Shown here one piece after another: positions 17,702-25,928 of a stretch of 64,000 nt of DNA. The translations under genes were made by a program, and so were the position numbers. The stretch is from NCBI GenBank assembly GCA_965198095.1, contig OZ240239.1, positions 118,641 through 182,640 on the forward strand, in the 5' to 3' direction. This stretch comes from Candidatus Latescibacterota bacterium (GTDB taxonomy: Bacteria > Latescibacterota > UBA2968 > GCA-2709665). The notes below the pieces were generated by a model that saw only the letters and a program-made list of their open reading frames with translations, had not been told where the DNA came from and searched no databases. Numbering within the stretch: the stretch's first letter is position 1; each line of letters begins with the position of its first letter.

Positions 17702-19255
17702 CTAGCCTCTCATCGGCAGAATCCGGTAATTGATCTCCAGGTTCACGTCGTGGAGCACGAATTCCGTCTCCACCCGCGGATTCCGTTTCCTCAGCACCGC
17801 TTCCACCTCATTCCATCCCTGCTTGATCCAGCCCCCCGCCCTTACATCATATCGAAGCGCATAGTTCCCCTGAAAGGCATTGGGGCCGGGACCTACGGTG
17901 TATTTCTGCGGAACGTCCAGCGGGACGGTCTGCGGCAGGGCTTTTCCATTCAGCTTGAACTCGTATTCGTCCTCCGAGGTCACGCCCACGAGGATCAGCT
18001 CGAGGGTCACTGCATCCACGATCCCCCGCTCACCGGCCTTCTCCAGATCGTCGCTCACCAGAAAACGGATCGTCTCTCCGGAATTCTCCTCCAGCGCAAA
18101 CGGAAGCGGATAGTCACAGCCCTCATAAGCTTCTGGCGAAGGCCACGAGCGGACAGAGCCGAAGGCGGGTGTGACCACATAAAGCTTGTCCCTGAACTCA
18201 AGCGTGGCCGGATCCCCGAGCTGCGACAGGATCTCGCGGTCATCCATCTTCGCCATCGTCTGGTGATGGAAGTTGAACAGGTAGATGCCGTCCACGCCCT
18301 GCCGCCAGGCGTTGAGCGCCCCGGCCCGCAGGGCCGCTTTCGGCGGGCGGCTGTGGCCCCCGGGCCCCACTTGCTCGGAGGTACTGCCCAGGATGCGGCA
18401 GTCCGTGCCCTCGGCCATTTCCAGGAACGACTCGAACGGAAGGTAGGTCACGGTATCCCAGTAGCATGAGGGTGAGACGAAGTCGACGAGCCCCTCCTTG
18501 ATCCATGTCCCTACCTCCAGACCGAGCTCGTGACATTTCTCCGGTGTACCGGCAACGCGAACGCCGAACCCTACAGGACGGCCCCGCGCCTCGCCGATAC
18601 GATTCAGCAGCGCCCGCGCCTCTCGCATGTATTCGGTAAGCATCGGCCGGGCTTCGTCCATGTCGGGATAGTGGTAGCCGGGGTGACGGATGAAGTCCCA
18701 CTCGAACCCGTCCGTGTCGTAGCGCGTGCATGCCTCCTCCACCAGCGCCAGACGATGGGCGCGTACCTCCGGAATCGCAAAGTTCAGACCGGTACTCTGT
18801 TTGTCTGAACGGGGCATCGGGGCGGCGGCCTTGTCGCCCAGCTCGTACTCCGGATGGCTGACCCGCCATTCACTCTTCCACTGGTAACGGGAGCCGTGCA
18901 GGTCGTTGAACCGGTTCGCGATCCAGTACTCCATCCCGGCCTCGTGGGCCGCCTCCAGCGCCACCTTCCAGGGGTCTACCCCTTCCGCCCAGAGCCTCAG
19001 CATAATCTCCTGCTGCCGCCACTCGCTCACATAGCCGACCGTCTCCATGTCGATGCCCTTGGCGCCGGGTACCTCGGTCGGCCACAGCGGAACCGCGTCG
19101 CCGAACCCGAACTGGTGGCAGACCACCGCGTCCACCTGTGTGCCGATAAACCTGCCTACCGACTCGTAGACGAACTCCTCCGGCGTCATCGGCGGTGCGC
19201 AGTAGAGCAGAAAGCTTCCGTCATTGTGGTAGAAAAATTTCGGTGGCTTGGCCAT
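17702..19255 (-). CDS. TIM-barrel glycoside-hydrolase-like protein, subfamily B
   Basis: 517 aa. MAKPPKFFYHNDGSFLLYCAPPMTPEEFVY...YDTDGFEWDFIRHPGY...WRQGVDGIYLFNF. AGGAGGGAG lies just upstream of the ATG. No signal peptide. Confidence 0.85.
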   Translation of the reverse strand: MAKPPKFFYHNDGSFLLYCAPPMTPEEFVYESVGRFIGTQVDAVVCHQFGFGDAVPLWPTEVPGAKGIDMETVGYVSEWRQQEIMLRLWAEGVDPWKVALEAAHEAGMEYWIANRFNDLHGSRYQWKSEWRVSHPEYELGDKAAAPMPRSDKQSTGLNFAIPEVRAHRLALVEEACTRYDTDGFEWDFIRHPGYHYPDMDEARPMLTEYMREARALLNRIGEARGRPVGFGVRVAGTPEKCHELGLEVGTWIKEGLVDFVSPSCYWDTVTYLPFESFLEMAEGTDCRILGSTSEQVGPGGHSRPPKAALRAGALNAWRQGVDGIYLFNFHHQTMAKMDDREILSQLGDPATLEFRDKLYVVTPAFGSVRSWPSPEAYEGCDYPLPFALEENSGETIRFLVSDDLEKAGERGIVDAVTLELILVGVTSEDEYEFKLNGKALPQTVPLDVPQKYTVGPGPNAFQGNYALRYDVRAGGWIKQGWNEVEAVLRKRNPRVETEFVLHDVNLEINYRILPMRG

Positions 19256-19306
19256 GCTCCCTCCTGTATTTGGCTTGGTTTCGATTTCCAGACTACCCTT
19301 TGACGG

Positions 19307-19530
19307 CTAAAGCGCCGCGTAGTCTGGATACAGCTTTCTCAGTTTGATCCGAGCATCGTTTGTCGTGAACCGCCAATGGACAGCCTTGCTTTTGTTGTTG
19401 CGATCGTTCGACCAGGCGGAAGTCTGCTCTTTGAGTCGTACGGCCGCTGATAGACGTCCAAGACATCCTCTATAGCGGCGACAAACGCGGCGTTCTGCTT
19501 GGGCGGAATCACCCAGCACGTTCTCAGGTG
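19307..19530 (-). pseudogene. IS630-family transposase remnant with the catalytic core deleted
   Basis: One frame reads WVIPPKQNAAFVAAIEDVLDVYQRPYDSK, a mid-protein IS630 motif. The adjacent frame reads ...NDRNNKSKAVHWRFTTNDARIKLRKLYPD, the IS630 C-terminus. The DDE domain that should separate them is missing. Confidence 0.6.
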
Positions 19531-19538
19531 AGCTTACG

Positions 19539-19639
19539 TTCGCCAGCAGGAGCTGGCTCCTACCTTATGAACGGCTTGTGAATATTACCTGATTCCAAAC
19601 GCCGGTAAATCCGGTAGGAGCCGCCTCCCGGCGGCGAAC
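19539..19639. repeat. REPIN (inverted REP doublet), stems GCCAGC/GCTGGC and GCCGCC/GGCGGC
   Basis: TTCGCCAGCAGGAGCTGGCTCCTACC ...46 nt... CCGGTAGGAGCCGCCTCCCGGCGGCGAAC. Same unit as the array at 42353-42967. Confidence 0.85.
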
Positions 19640-19703
19640 ACTTCACCCCGATACTCTCAACCGACGGCCTAGAGCACCCGGATACTTGAGGCTTGGTGCT
19701 GTG

Positions 19704-19742
19704 AAATCCCCTCAATCCCTCCCTCGACGCGCAGGCTCGCTC
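19704..19742. repeat. Partial copy of the left half of the 10857-10997 element
   Basis: AAATCCCCTCAATCCCTCCCTCGACGCGCAGGCTCGCTC compared with AAATCCCCCCTGCCCCTCCCTCGACTCGCAAGCTCGCTC. Confidence 0.55.
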
Positions 19743-19913
19743 ACCTCGGTACGGCCGGGAGCCTACGCGGTGCAGGCGGGAAGGGCCTTTTTCAAAGGGG
19801 AAGGTTGCCTATTTGCTTTACGAACGACGAACAACGATCCACGATTTACTCCGCGCCTCTGCGGCGGACTATGCCTTTTCGAATCCGCAATTGAGTGGCG
19901 TTACCGGCTCTGC

Positions 19914-19941
19914 GGTACCCGTGTTTTGCTTTCCCGGTACC
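19914..19941. repeat. GGTACC-box copy 3
   Basis: GGTACCCGTGTTTTGCTTTCCCGGTACC, ending 7 nt after the stop at 19949. Confidence 0.8.
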
Positions 19942-19948
19942 AGGCCCT

Positions 19949-21517
19949 TCATCCTCGCATGGGTAGAATCCGGTAGTTGATCTCGAGGCTCAGGTCGTGG
20001 AACACGAAGTCGGTCTCGATCCCGGAATTCCGCTTCTTGAGCATCGCCTCCACCTGGTTCCAGCCCTGACGGACCCAGTCGCCTACCCTGACATCGTACC
20101 GGAGGGCATAGTTCCCGTGATAGGCATTCGGGCCGGGGCCCACCCGGTAGTGTCGGTTCAGAGCGACGAGGGCCGTCTCGGGCAGCGCCCTGCCGTTCAG
20201 CTTGAACTCGAACTCATCCTCCGAGGTCAGAGAGACCACGATCAGCTCCAGCGTTACGGCATCCAGAATGCCTCTTCTGGCAGCGGTCTCCAGGTCATCG
20301 GCCACCCGGAAACGGACCGTGGTTCCCGATCCCTCCTGCAGCGTCACCGGCAGCTGATGCTCCCATCCCGCGAAAATCGACGTCTCGTGAGGGACCCGCT
20401 TCAAGGCATCAAAAGTACCGGCGATCACATAAAGTTTGTCCTTGAACGCCAGCGTCTCCAGATCTCCGAGTTGTGACAGCACATCCGAATCATCCACGTT
20501 GTAGGTGGTCTGGTGATGGAAGTTGAACACGTAGACGCCGTCCACCCCCTGCTGCCAGGCGTTCATCGCTCCGGCGCGCAGGGCGCCCGCGGGTGGGAGG
20601 GGATGCTGGCCGGGCCCGACCTGCTCCGACGTACAGCCCAGAACGCGGCATTCCGAGTCTTTCGCGATGTCCACAAATTCCTCGAACGGCGAATCGGTCG
20701 CGCTGTCCCAGTGGGGCGCAGGGGAGATGTAGTCCACGAGCCCCTCCGCGATCCACGTCTCCAGCTCCAGACCGATGGCGTGACACTTCTCCAGGGTGAC
20801 TGGACAACGCACACCGAAACCGAGCGGGCGGGCCCGACGGTCGCCGATACCGTTCAGCTTTGTTCTGGCCTCGCGCACGTAGGCGGTCAGGATCGAACCG
20901 TTTTCAGGGAGGTTGGGCACGCTGTGTCCTGGTTCCCGCTGAAAGTCCCACTCGAACCCGTCCACGTCATAGCGCTCGCAGGCCTCCAGCACGATCGCCA
21001 GACGATGAGCGCGCACTTCAGGGATCGCATAGTTCAGACCTGTACACCGCTCGCCGTAAACGCTTCCAGGGCCGTGCAGCCCCGAACCGCACTCATCGCC
21101 CAGCTCATACTCGGGATGCTGCGCGCGAAACTCGCTCCGCCACTCGTAGCGCGGGCCGTGCAGGTCGTTGAACCGCTTCCCAACCCAGTACTGCATCCCC
21201 GCCTCGTGGGCCGCCTCCAACGCCAGCTTCCACGGATCGATCCCCTCCGCCCACAGCCGCTTCATAATCTGCTGCTGCCGCCACTCGCTCACGAAGCCGA
21301 CCTTCTCCCGCTCGATTCCCTTGGCGCCCGGGACCTCCGAAGGCCAGAGCGGCACCGCGTCGCCGAAGCCGTACATGTGACAGACCACGGCGTCCACCTG
21401 GGTGCCGATGAAGCGCCCGACCGCTTCGTAGACGAACTCCTCGGGCGTCATCGGCGGGGCGCAGTAGAGCAGAAAGCTCCCGTCGTTGTTGTAGAAGAAC
21501 TTCGGAAAGGCCACCAT
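19949..21517 (-). CDS. TIM-barrel glycoside-hydrolase-like protein, subfamily B (paralog)
   Basis: 522 aa. MVAFPKFFYNNDGSFLLYCAPPMTPEEFVY...YDVDGFEWDFQREPGH...WQQGVDGVYVFNF. Collinear with 17702-19255. Confidence 0.85.
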   Translation of the reverse strand: MVAFPKFFYNNDGSFLLYCAPPMTPEEFVYEAVGRFIGTQVDAVVCHMYGFGDAVPLWPSEVPGAKGIEREKVGFVSEWRQQQIMKRLWAEGIDPWKLALEAAHEAGMQYWVGKRFNDLHGPRYEWRSEFRAQHPEYELGDECGSGLHGPGSVYGERCTGLNYAIPEVRAHRLAIVLEACERYDVDGFEWDFQREPGHSVPNLPENGSILTAYVREARTKLNGIGDRRARPLGFGVRCPVTLEKCHAIGLELETWIAEGLVDYISPAPHWDSATDSPFEEFVDIAKDSECRVLGCTSEQVGPGQHPLPPAGALRAGAMNAWQQGVDGVYVFNFHHQTTYNVDDSDVLSQLGDLETLAFKDKLYVIAGTFDALKRVPHETSIFAGWEHQLPVTLQEGSGTTVRFRVADDLETAARRGILDAVTLELIVVSLTSEDEFEFKLNGRALPETALVALNRHYRVGPGPNAYHGNYALRYDVRVGDWVRQGWNQVEAMLKKRNSGIETDFVFHDLSLEINYRILPMRG

Positions 21518-21534
21518 TTCCTCCCAAGGTAAAT

Positions 21535-21615
21535 TTCGCCGTCCGGAGACGGCTTTCGGTTGACAGAGACGGCCGCCGTGATCGGATTCGTCGCCGTCTG
21601 GAGACGGATCCTACC
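21535..21615. repeat. Two REP-like hairpins with stem GCCGTC/GACGG(C) in direct orientation
   Basis: TTCGCCGTCCGGAGACGGC (21535-21553) and TCGCCGTCTGGAGACGGATCCTACC (21591-21615). Confidence 0.6.
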
Positions 21616-21722
21616 ATATGAATAGACGTCTGAAACGGTTCAACAACGAACCCACGGTACTCCTGTTCTGATTCCCGGGTGCTCGCCTTCACGATCCACG
21701 AACAACGGTTTTTACGATCCCC

Positions 21723-21751
21723 GGTACCCGTGTTTTGCTTTCCCGGTACCC
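21723..21751. repeat. GGTACC-box copy 4
   Basis: GGTACCCGTGTTTTGCTTTCCCGGTACCC, 17 nt after the stop at 21769. Preceded by CACGATCCACGAACAACGGTTTTTACGATCC. Confidence 0.8.
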
Positions 21752-21768
21752 GAACTAAGCCCTGCTTC

Positions 21769-24243
21769 TCACGATGCCACCCTGAACGCGTATAGCCTCG
21801 CCCCTTCCAGCACCACCTTCAGCCGGACCACCCGCCGGTATACTTCCTCCAGCCGCACCCGCTTCCATCGCACCTCGTGGGCCACGCGGTCTCCCGAGAA
21901 TGGAATACAGTCATCCAGACCCAGCTCCGGAAACAGATTGCCCTCCGCATCCTGCACCTCCACGCGGATGCTGCCGCCCGGGTCGGTCTGTCCGTTCAGG
22001 AGCAGGCGACTCCCTTCCACGACGAGGGGCAGCGTCGTGAACGTTCCTTTGGATCGGATCGGTTCCACGTGCGCGAGCCTGCCCGCCTTGCACTTCGCCA
22101 GGCCGGGCACGACACGGTGCCGCTTCGTCTCCTCGAAAAAGTCCTCCCAGCTCGTGAAAAAGGGCGCGAGCTCGAAGTAGGGGAGCTTGGCCTTGAACGC
22201 TTCCAGCGTGTCGGCAGTGAGATACCCGCCCAGCATATAACGCGTATTTGTCCCCCCGAAGGGGAACCACCACTCCTCTTCCCCGTCGGCGTTCGTGATC
22301 GGCGTGTATTCATTCAGACCGCTGGAGCTGGTATTCCAGCTCCCTATGGGTCCGTTTTCCAGAAGGGGCTTTCGATTCGCCCCGAACTTGCTCCAGTGGA
22401 TCAGGTCCCGGCTCCACAGCAGGTGCTGCCGGTTCTGCTGTGTCGAAAAGTCCCAGTTCAGCAGCGCACCCAGATAGAGCTGGCCGTCCGTGTCGCTCAG
22501 TTCCTTCCCCTCCGGCCTCAGAAACCCGAACCCGTAGAGGGTCGTACCGGGTGGATCGTGTTCGTCCGGTACCGTCTGGTGACGCCGTTCCCAGTTGAAC
22601 CCGTCCCGCGTCCACATCACGGCGCGCGTGCGGATGGCCGCCACGCTGTGCCAGAGGTAAAAGGGCAGCCCCGTGGGCGGATAGGCCGGCGCGTCCGGCC
22701 GGTAGTAATAGAAGAAGGTCTTGCTCTTCCGATCGTAAAACGTGGCCGTGGACCGGCCGCCGGCCTGGAAGAGCGCAAACGGTTCTCCCTCGAACGGATA
22801 GGTGGACGCTCGCTCGTTCGTAGACGTGAGCCTCATGCCGCGCGCGCCGGTCAGGACGGGCCGTCTCGTCAGGGCAAGGAAGGTGTCTCCCCGCCGCTCG
22901 AAGCCCCAGAACTCCCGGTGCTTCGGTTTGAATCCACCCAGGAACTGCTTCGCCGCCTCCATGTTGGCCTTCAGGAAGACCCGGAACACGAAGTTGTCCA
23001 TATCTATCGGTCCGTCCTTCTTGGGATCGTAGAACCGGTAGCGGTACTTCCTCGGAAACGGACGCTCCTTCACGAACGCCGGAAAGCTGTCGAACTCTCC
23101 CGACAACAGGAAATCTTCACCAGACTTGTCCCTCAGAATATTGTTGTTCTTGGATCCCTTGTAGTCCACGATGCCCAGGTCCGGCTTCTCCCACGTCACC
23201 CCATCGTTCGAAACCGTGAGACACAGATACCGGATCGAATACGCCGTGATCGTCGATCGCACACCCATCTTCCACAGCCGTTCGTCCTCGGTAAGCGGAC
23301 CGGCGTAATAGGTGGCGCGAAATTGTCTCGCTTCTTTGTCATACGAGAAAGAGTTGATCTGCAGCTGATCAGGCCCCTCCTCCCAGGGGCGGTCGAGCAC
23401 CGCGATCGGCCCGTCCGACAGGACCTCCAGCTGGTCGGGCGCGTGCTGGAGCCCGGAGGAGGATCCGCAGATCCAGCCGTCCACCATGTACTGGGGCATC
23501 TGCCCGACTCTCAGCGGATTCAACGGGCGCTTCGGCTTGTTGGGCGTCTCCAGGTTGATCTGGCGCACCATGTAGGGCCCCACCGCCTTGCCGCCCTGCT
23601 GGGCCCTCACGCGAAGCCAGAACTCCCCGCGTCCCCATCCCGCCCCGTCGAACGTACACCGCCGTACCTGGCCGTTCAGTTTCAAATCCAGAGGGCCCGC
23701 GAGGCGCTTGTGTCCCTTCGGGTCCACCACATCCACCTTCACCGAGCAGGTCTCTACGCGATCGGGCAGCGTCCGGATCGTGAAGGCCACCTCGGTCTTG
23801 TCGATAAACGCGGCCCGCTCCGGACAACACTCGATGAACTGCCGGAGCGAGTCCACCTGCCCCAGCTTCATCCCGCCGATATCCCCGAAGAAATCGTTCG
23901 CGTCCAGCCTCAGGACGCCCGATCCCACCCGCCTCCCGCCCGCCCTCAGCGTGAGGTCGAACCTGTAGCCACCCAGCGCCCACATCGCTCTCCCCTCGGA
24001 ATCGGTGGCCAGGCTCGGACCATACCGCCCTTCGTCCACGAGCGGATACGTGATCACGACCTCACCGCGGTCGCCCACCCGTTCGGCGTTACCGGTCAGC
24101 TCCTGTTCGAACCCATAGGGCTGCGTCACCTGGACGGTGGCTCGAACAGCCCCCGATTTGAGCCCTGAAGGCCAGCGAAACGTCAGCGCCTGCCTGAAGT
24201 AGCCCCTGTGCTCGAGCTTCAGCCTCAATCTTGACCCATTCAT
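21769..24243 (-). CDS. Large beta-propeller glycoside-hydrolase-like protein with an extra ~290-aa N-terminal region
   Basis: 824 aa. The central and C-terminal part aligns with 51668-53194 and 61192-62712, with repeated S.DG..W blades and a C-terminal ...VRLKVVLEGARLYAFRVAS sandwich. GGAGGAGG lies upstream of the ATG. No signal peptide. Confidence 0.75.
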   Translation of the reverse strand: MNGSRLRLKLEHRGYFRQALTFRWPSGLKSGAVRATVQVTQPYGFEQELTGNAERVGDRGEVVITYPLVDEGRYGPSLATDSEGRAMWALGGYRFDLTLRAGGRRVGSGVLRLDANDFFGDIGGMKLGQVDSLRQFIECCPERAAFIDKTEVAFTIRTLPDRVETCSVKVDVVDPKGHKRLAGPLDLKLNGQVRRCTFDGAGWGRGEFWLRVRAQQGGKAVGPYMVRQINLETPNKPKRPLNPLRVGQMPQYMVDGWICGSSSGLQHAPDQLEVLSDGPIAVLDRPWEEGPDQLQINSFSYDKEARQFRATYYAGPLTEDERLWKMGVRSTITAYSIRYLCLTVSNDGVTWEKPDLGIVDYKGSKNNNILRDKSGEDFLLSGEFDSFPAFVKERPFPRKYRYRFYDPKKDGPIDMDNFVFRVFLKANMEAAKQFLGGFKPKHREFWGFERRGDTFLALTRRPVLTGARGMRLTSTNERASTYPFEGEPFALFQAGGRSTATFYDRKSKTFFYYYRPDAPAYPPTGLPFYLWHSVAAIRTRAVMWTRDGFNWERRHQTVPDEHDPPGTTLYGFGFLRPEGKELSDTDGQLYLGALLNWDFSTQQNRQHLLWSRDLIHWSKFGANRKPLLENGPIGSWNTSSSGLNEYTPITNADGEEEWWFPFGGTNTRYMLGGYLTADTLEAFKAKLPYFELAPFFTSWEDFFEETKRHRVVPGLAKCKAGRLAHVEPIRSKGTFTTLPLVVEGSRLLLNGQTDPGGSIRVEVQDAEGNLFPELGLDDCIPFSGDRVAHEVRWKRVRLEEVYRRVVRLKVVLEGARLYAFRVAS

Positions 24244-24743
24244 GACGCTTTCTTCCTCCTCCTTGCGCCGTCGCGATGACGCCGTGGGCGTACAAACAGG
24301 TGATGAGATTCGGTCCTTACGATCCGAGATTCACCGGGGTGAACGACGCCCGCCGTGACTCCTGCAGGAGTTTCAGGACTTGCCTCTCCCTCCACAGCAC
24401 CTGTACATATTGAGAGCCGCGCTGCTTATGCAGGCGGCTCGCCATAGACCGCTCCTCCGCCGTTGGATCGCGCCGTTTGCGGCTGCCGGCGAGGGCCAAG
24501 ATACGGTCTGAAAATCAGGCCGTCAACCGAAAAAATTGCGCCGGATGACCCCTCCCCCGGCCACGCCCGGCCCTCAGCGCGAGAATGAAATGTCCGTGCC
24601 GAGAGAATCGGGACGTCCCGCTCTGTCGGACTCGTCTACAGACTCATCCGATGCAAGCCAACAAATCGACTCGTCTTTCGGGTGCCGCTGTCGTCGGCTA
24701 CGCTTTCCTAAAGTCACGTTACGGGACTTCGCGCAGTTTCGTA

Positions 24744-24782
24744 ATATAAGACAAGCCGCCCGGAGCAATTGCTCCGGGCGGC
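24744..24782 (-). terminator. Rho-independent terminator after the PorV-like gene
   Basis: 12-bp stem GCCGCCCGGAGC / GCTCCGGGCGGC with loop AATT, followed on the minus strand by TTGTCTTATATT. Confidence 0.7.
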
Positions 24783-24841
24783 CGCCTTATCCTTCGACTT
24801 CGACGCACCCGATCTCTCACCGGGTGCCTGCTCTGTCCGCT

Positions 24842-25888
24842 TTAGAAGGACCCGCTCACCGTAAACCGGATCGGCTTGTGGTCGAGCAGTTCATCCAGCT
24901 CAGAATACGACACGTCGGCCATGATGCTCCGACTACCGCCGAACGTGCCCTTGACACCCGCGCCCACGCTCCAGCTCTGAGCATCATACTTGAACCGGTT
25001 CCCGGCGCGCAGGGCGAGCATGTTGTTGAACCACAGCTCCGCGCCCACGTGATACCGCTGCCAGGAGTCTGTGTGATAGGCGCCCTCGAAGGCCACCGTC
25101 ACATACGTCGGGTCGCCTATGTTGCCCATCACCTCCCCGGCCAGGCCGAGGTTGAAGATCACGGGCTGAGACGACTCGAAGATGTCGATCGCGCTGACGT
25201 CGTTCCCCAGGTTCTTGATGCCCATGCCGATCCTCAGACTCTCGAACCCCGTGTGCATCAGCGTGCCCGCGCTCAGCAGCACCGCGGTGACCTCTTCGTC
25301 CAGACCCAGCTCGGACTTCACGTAACGCAGCTGGACGCCCGCCCCCAACTTGTCGGTCATCTGATAGGCATAGTGAAAACCGATGCCCGTGTCGCCCAGA
25401 TCCAGCATCTGACCCGTGCCTTCCGGGGCCAGGGACGTGGTCTGCTCGACGTCCGGAAAGCTCAGCGTGATCACCGAAAGCCCGACCACGCCGATCGGGG
25501 TGTTGACCGCAACGGCGCCCGTGCGGTAATCCATCTCGCCGAACCACCGCATCCCGCCGAACGACCACCCGAAGTTCTCGATGCCGGCGATCCCGGCCGG
25601 GTTGTAGTAGATCGCGTCCATCCCGTCCGCCACCGCCGTGAAGGCCTCACCCATCGACTCCAGTCGGGCCGTGGGCGCGATCTTCAGGAAGTGGAACGTG
25701 GACGGATTCTGCTTCGTAAAGCGATCGAAGTCCGACAACGTCTCGTCCGAGAGCGACGCCTTCGGATCGAAGGGGATGTCCTGGAAGTCTGTCGTTACGA
25801 TTTCGGCCTGGGCCCATGCCGGGGCAGATGCAAACGGGAGAGCCGCAGCCAGCGCCAGGACGGTTAGCGTGCATACAATCCATTTCAT
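24842..25888 (-). CDS. Outer-membrane beta-barrel protein, PorV/PorQ-like
   Basis: 348 aa. Signal peptide MKWIVCTLTVLALAAALPFASAPAWA. LKIAPTARLESMGEAFTAVADGMDAIYYNPAGIA motif. Alternating beta-strand pattern and a C-terminal ...FTVSGSF ending in Phe. Confidence 0.6.
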   Translation of the reverse strand: MKWIVCTLTVLALAAALPFASAPAWAQAEIVTTDFQDIPFDPKASLSDETLSDFDRFTKQNPSTFHFLKIAPTARLESMGEAFTAVADGMDAIYYNPAGIAGIENFGWSFGGMRWFGEMDYRTGAVAVNTPIGVVGLSVITLSFPDVEQTTSLAPEGTGQMLDLGDTGIGFHYAYQMTDKLGAGVQLRYVKSELGLDEEVTAVLLSAGTLMHTGFESLRIGMGIKNLGNDVSAIDIFESSQPVIFNLGLAGEVMGNIGDPTYVTVAFEGAYHTDSWQRYHVGAELWFNNMLALRAGNRFKYDAQSWSVGAGVKGTFGGSRSIMADVSYSELDELLDHKPIRFTVSGSF

Positions 25889-25928
25889 AGCGTGTTTCCC
25901 TTTATGAATGAGGTTGTTCTCGTCCGTC

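Noticed and set aside
19307-19519. The 70-aa ORF as an intact small gene.
   Set aside because: Only its C-terminal half matches a transposase tail, and the preceding IS630 motif lies in another frame. It is a deletion remnant.
21723-21751. GGTACC box read as a canonical intrinsic terminator.
   Set aside because: The RNA would form only a 6-bp stem with a 16-nt loop and is not followed by a U-tract. Genuine terminators in this window (24744-24782 and 34342-34380) have 12-13-bp GC stems plus a U-rich tail.
24317-24499. A 60-aa minus-strand ORF in the gap upstream of the 824-aa gene.
   Set aside because: It has no RBS, an Arg/Ser-rich composition and no motif, so I cannot support it as coding.
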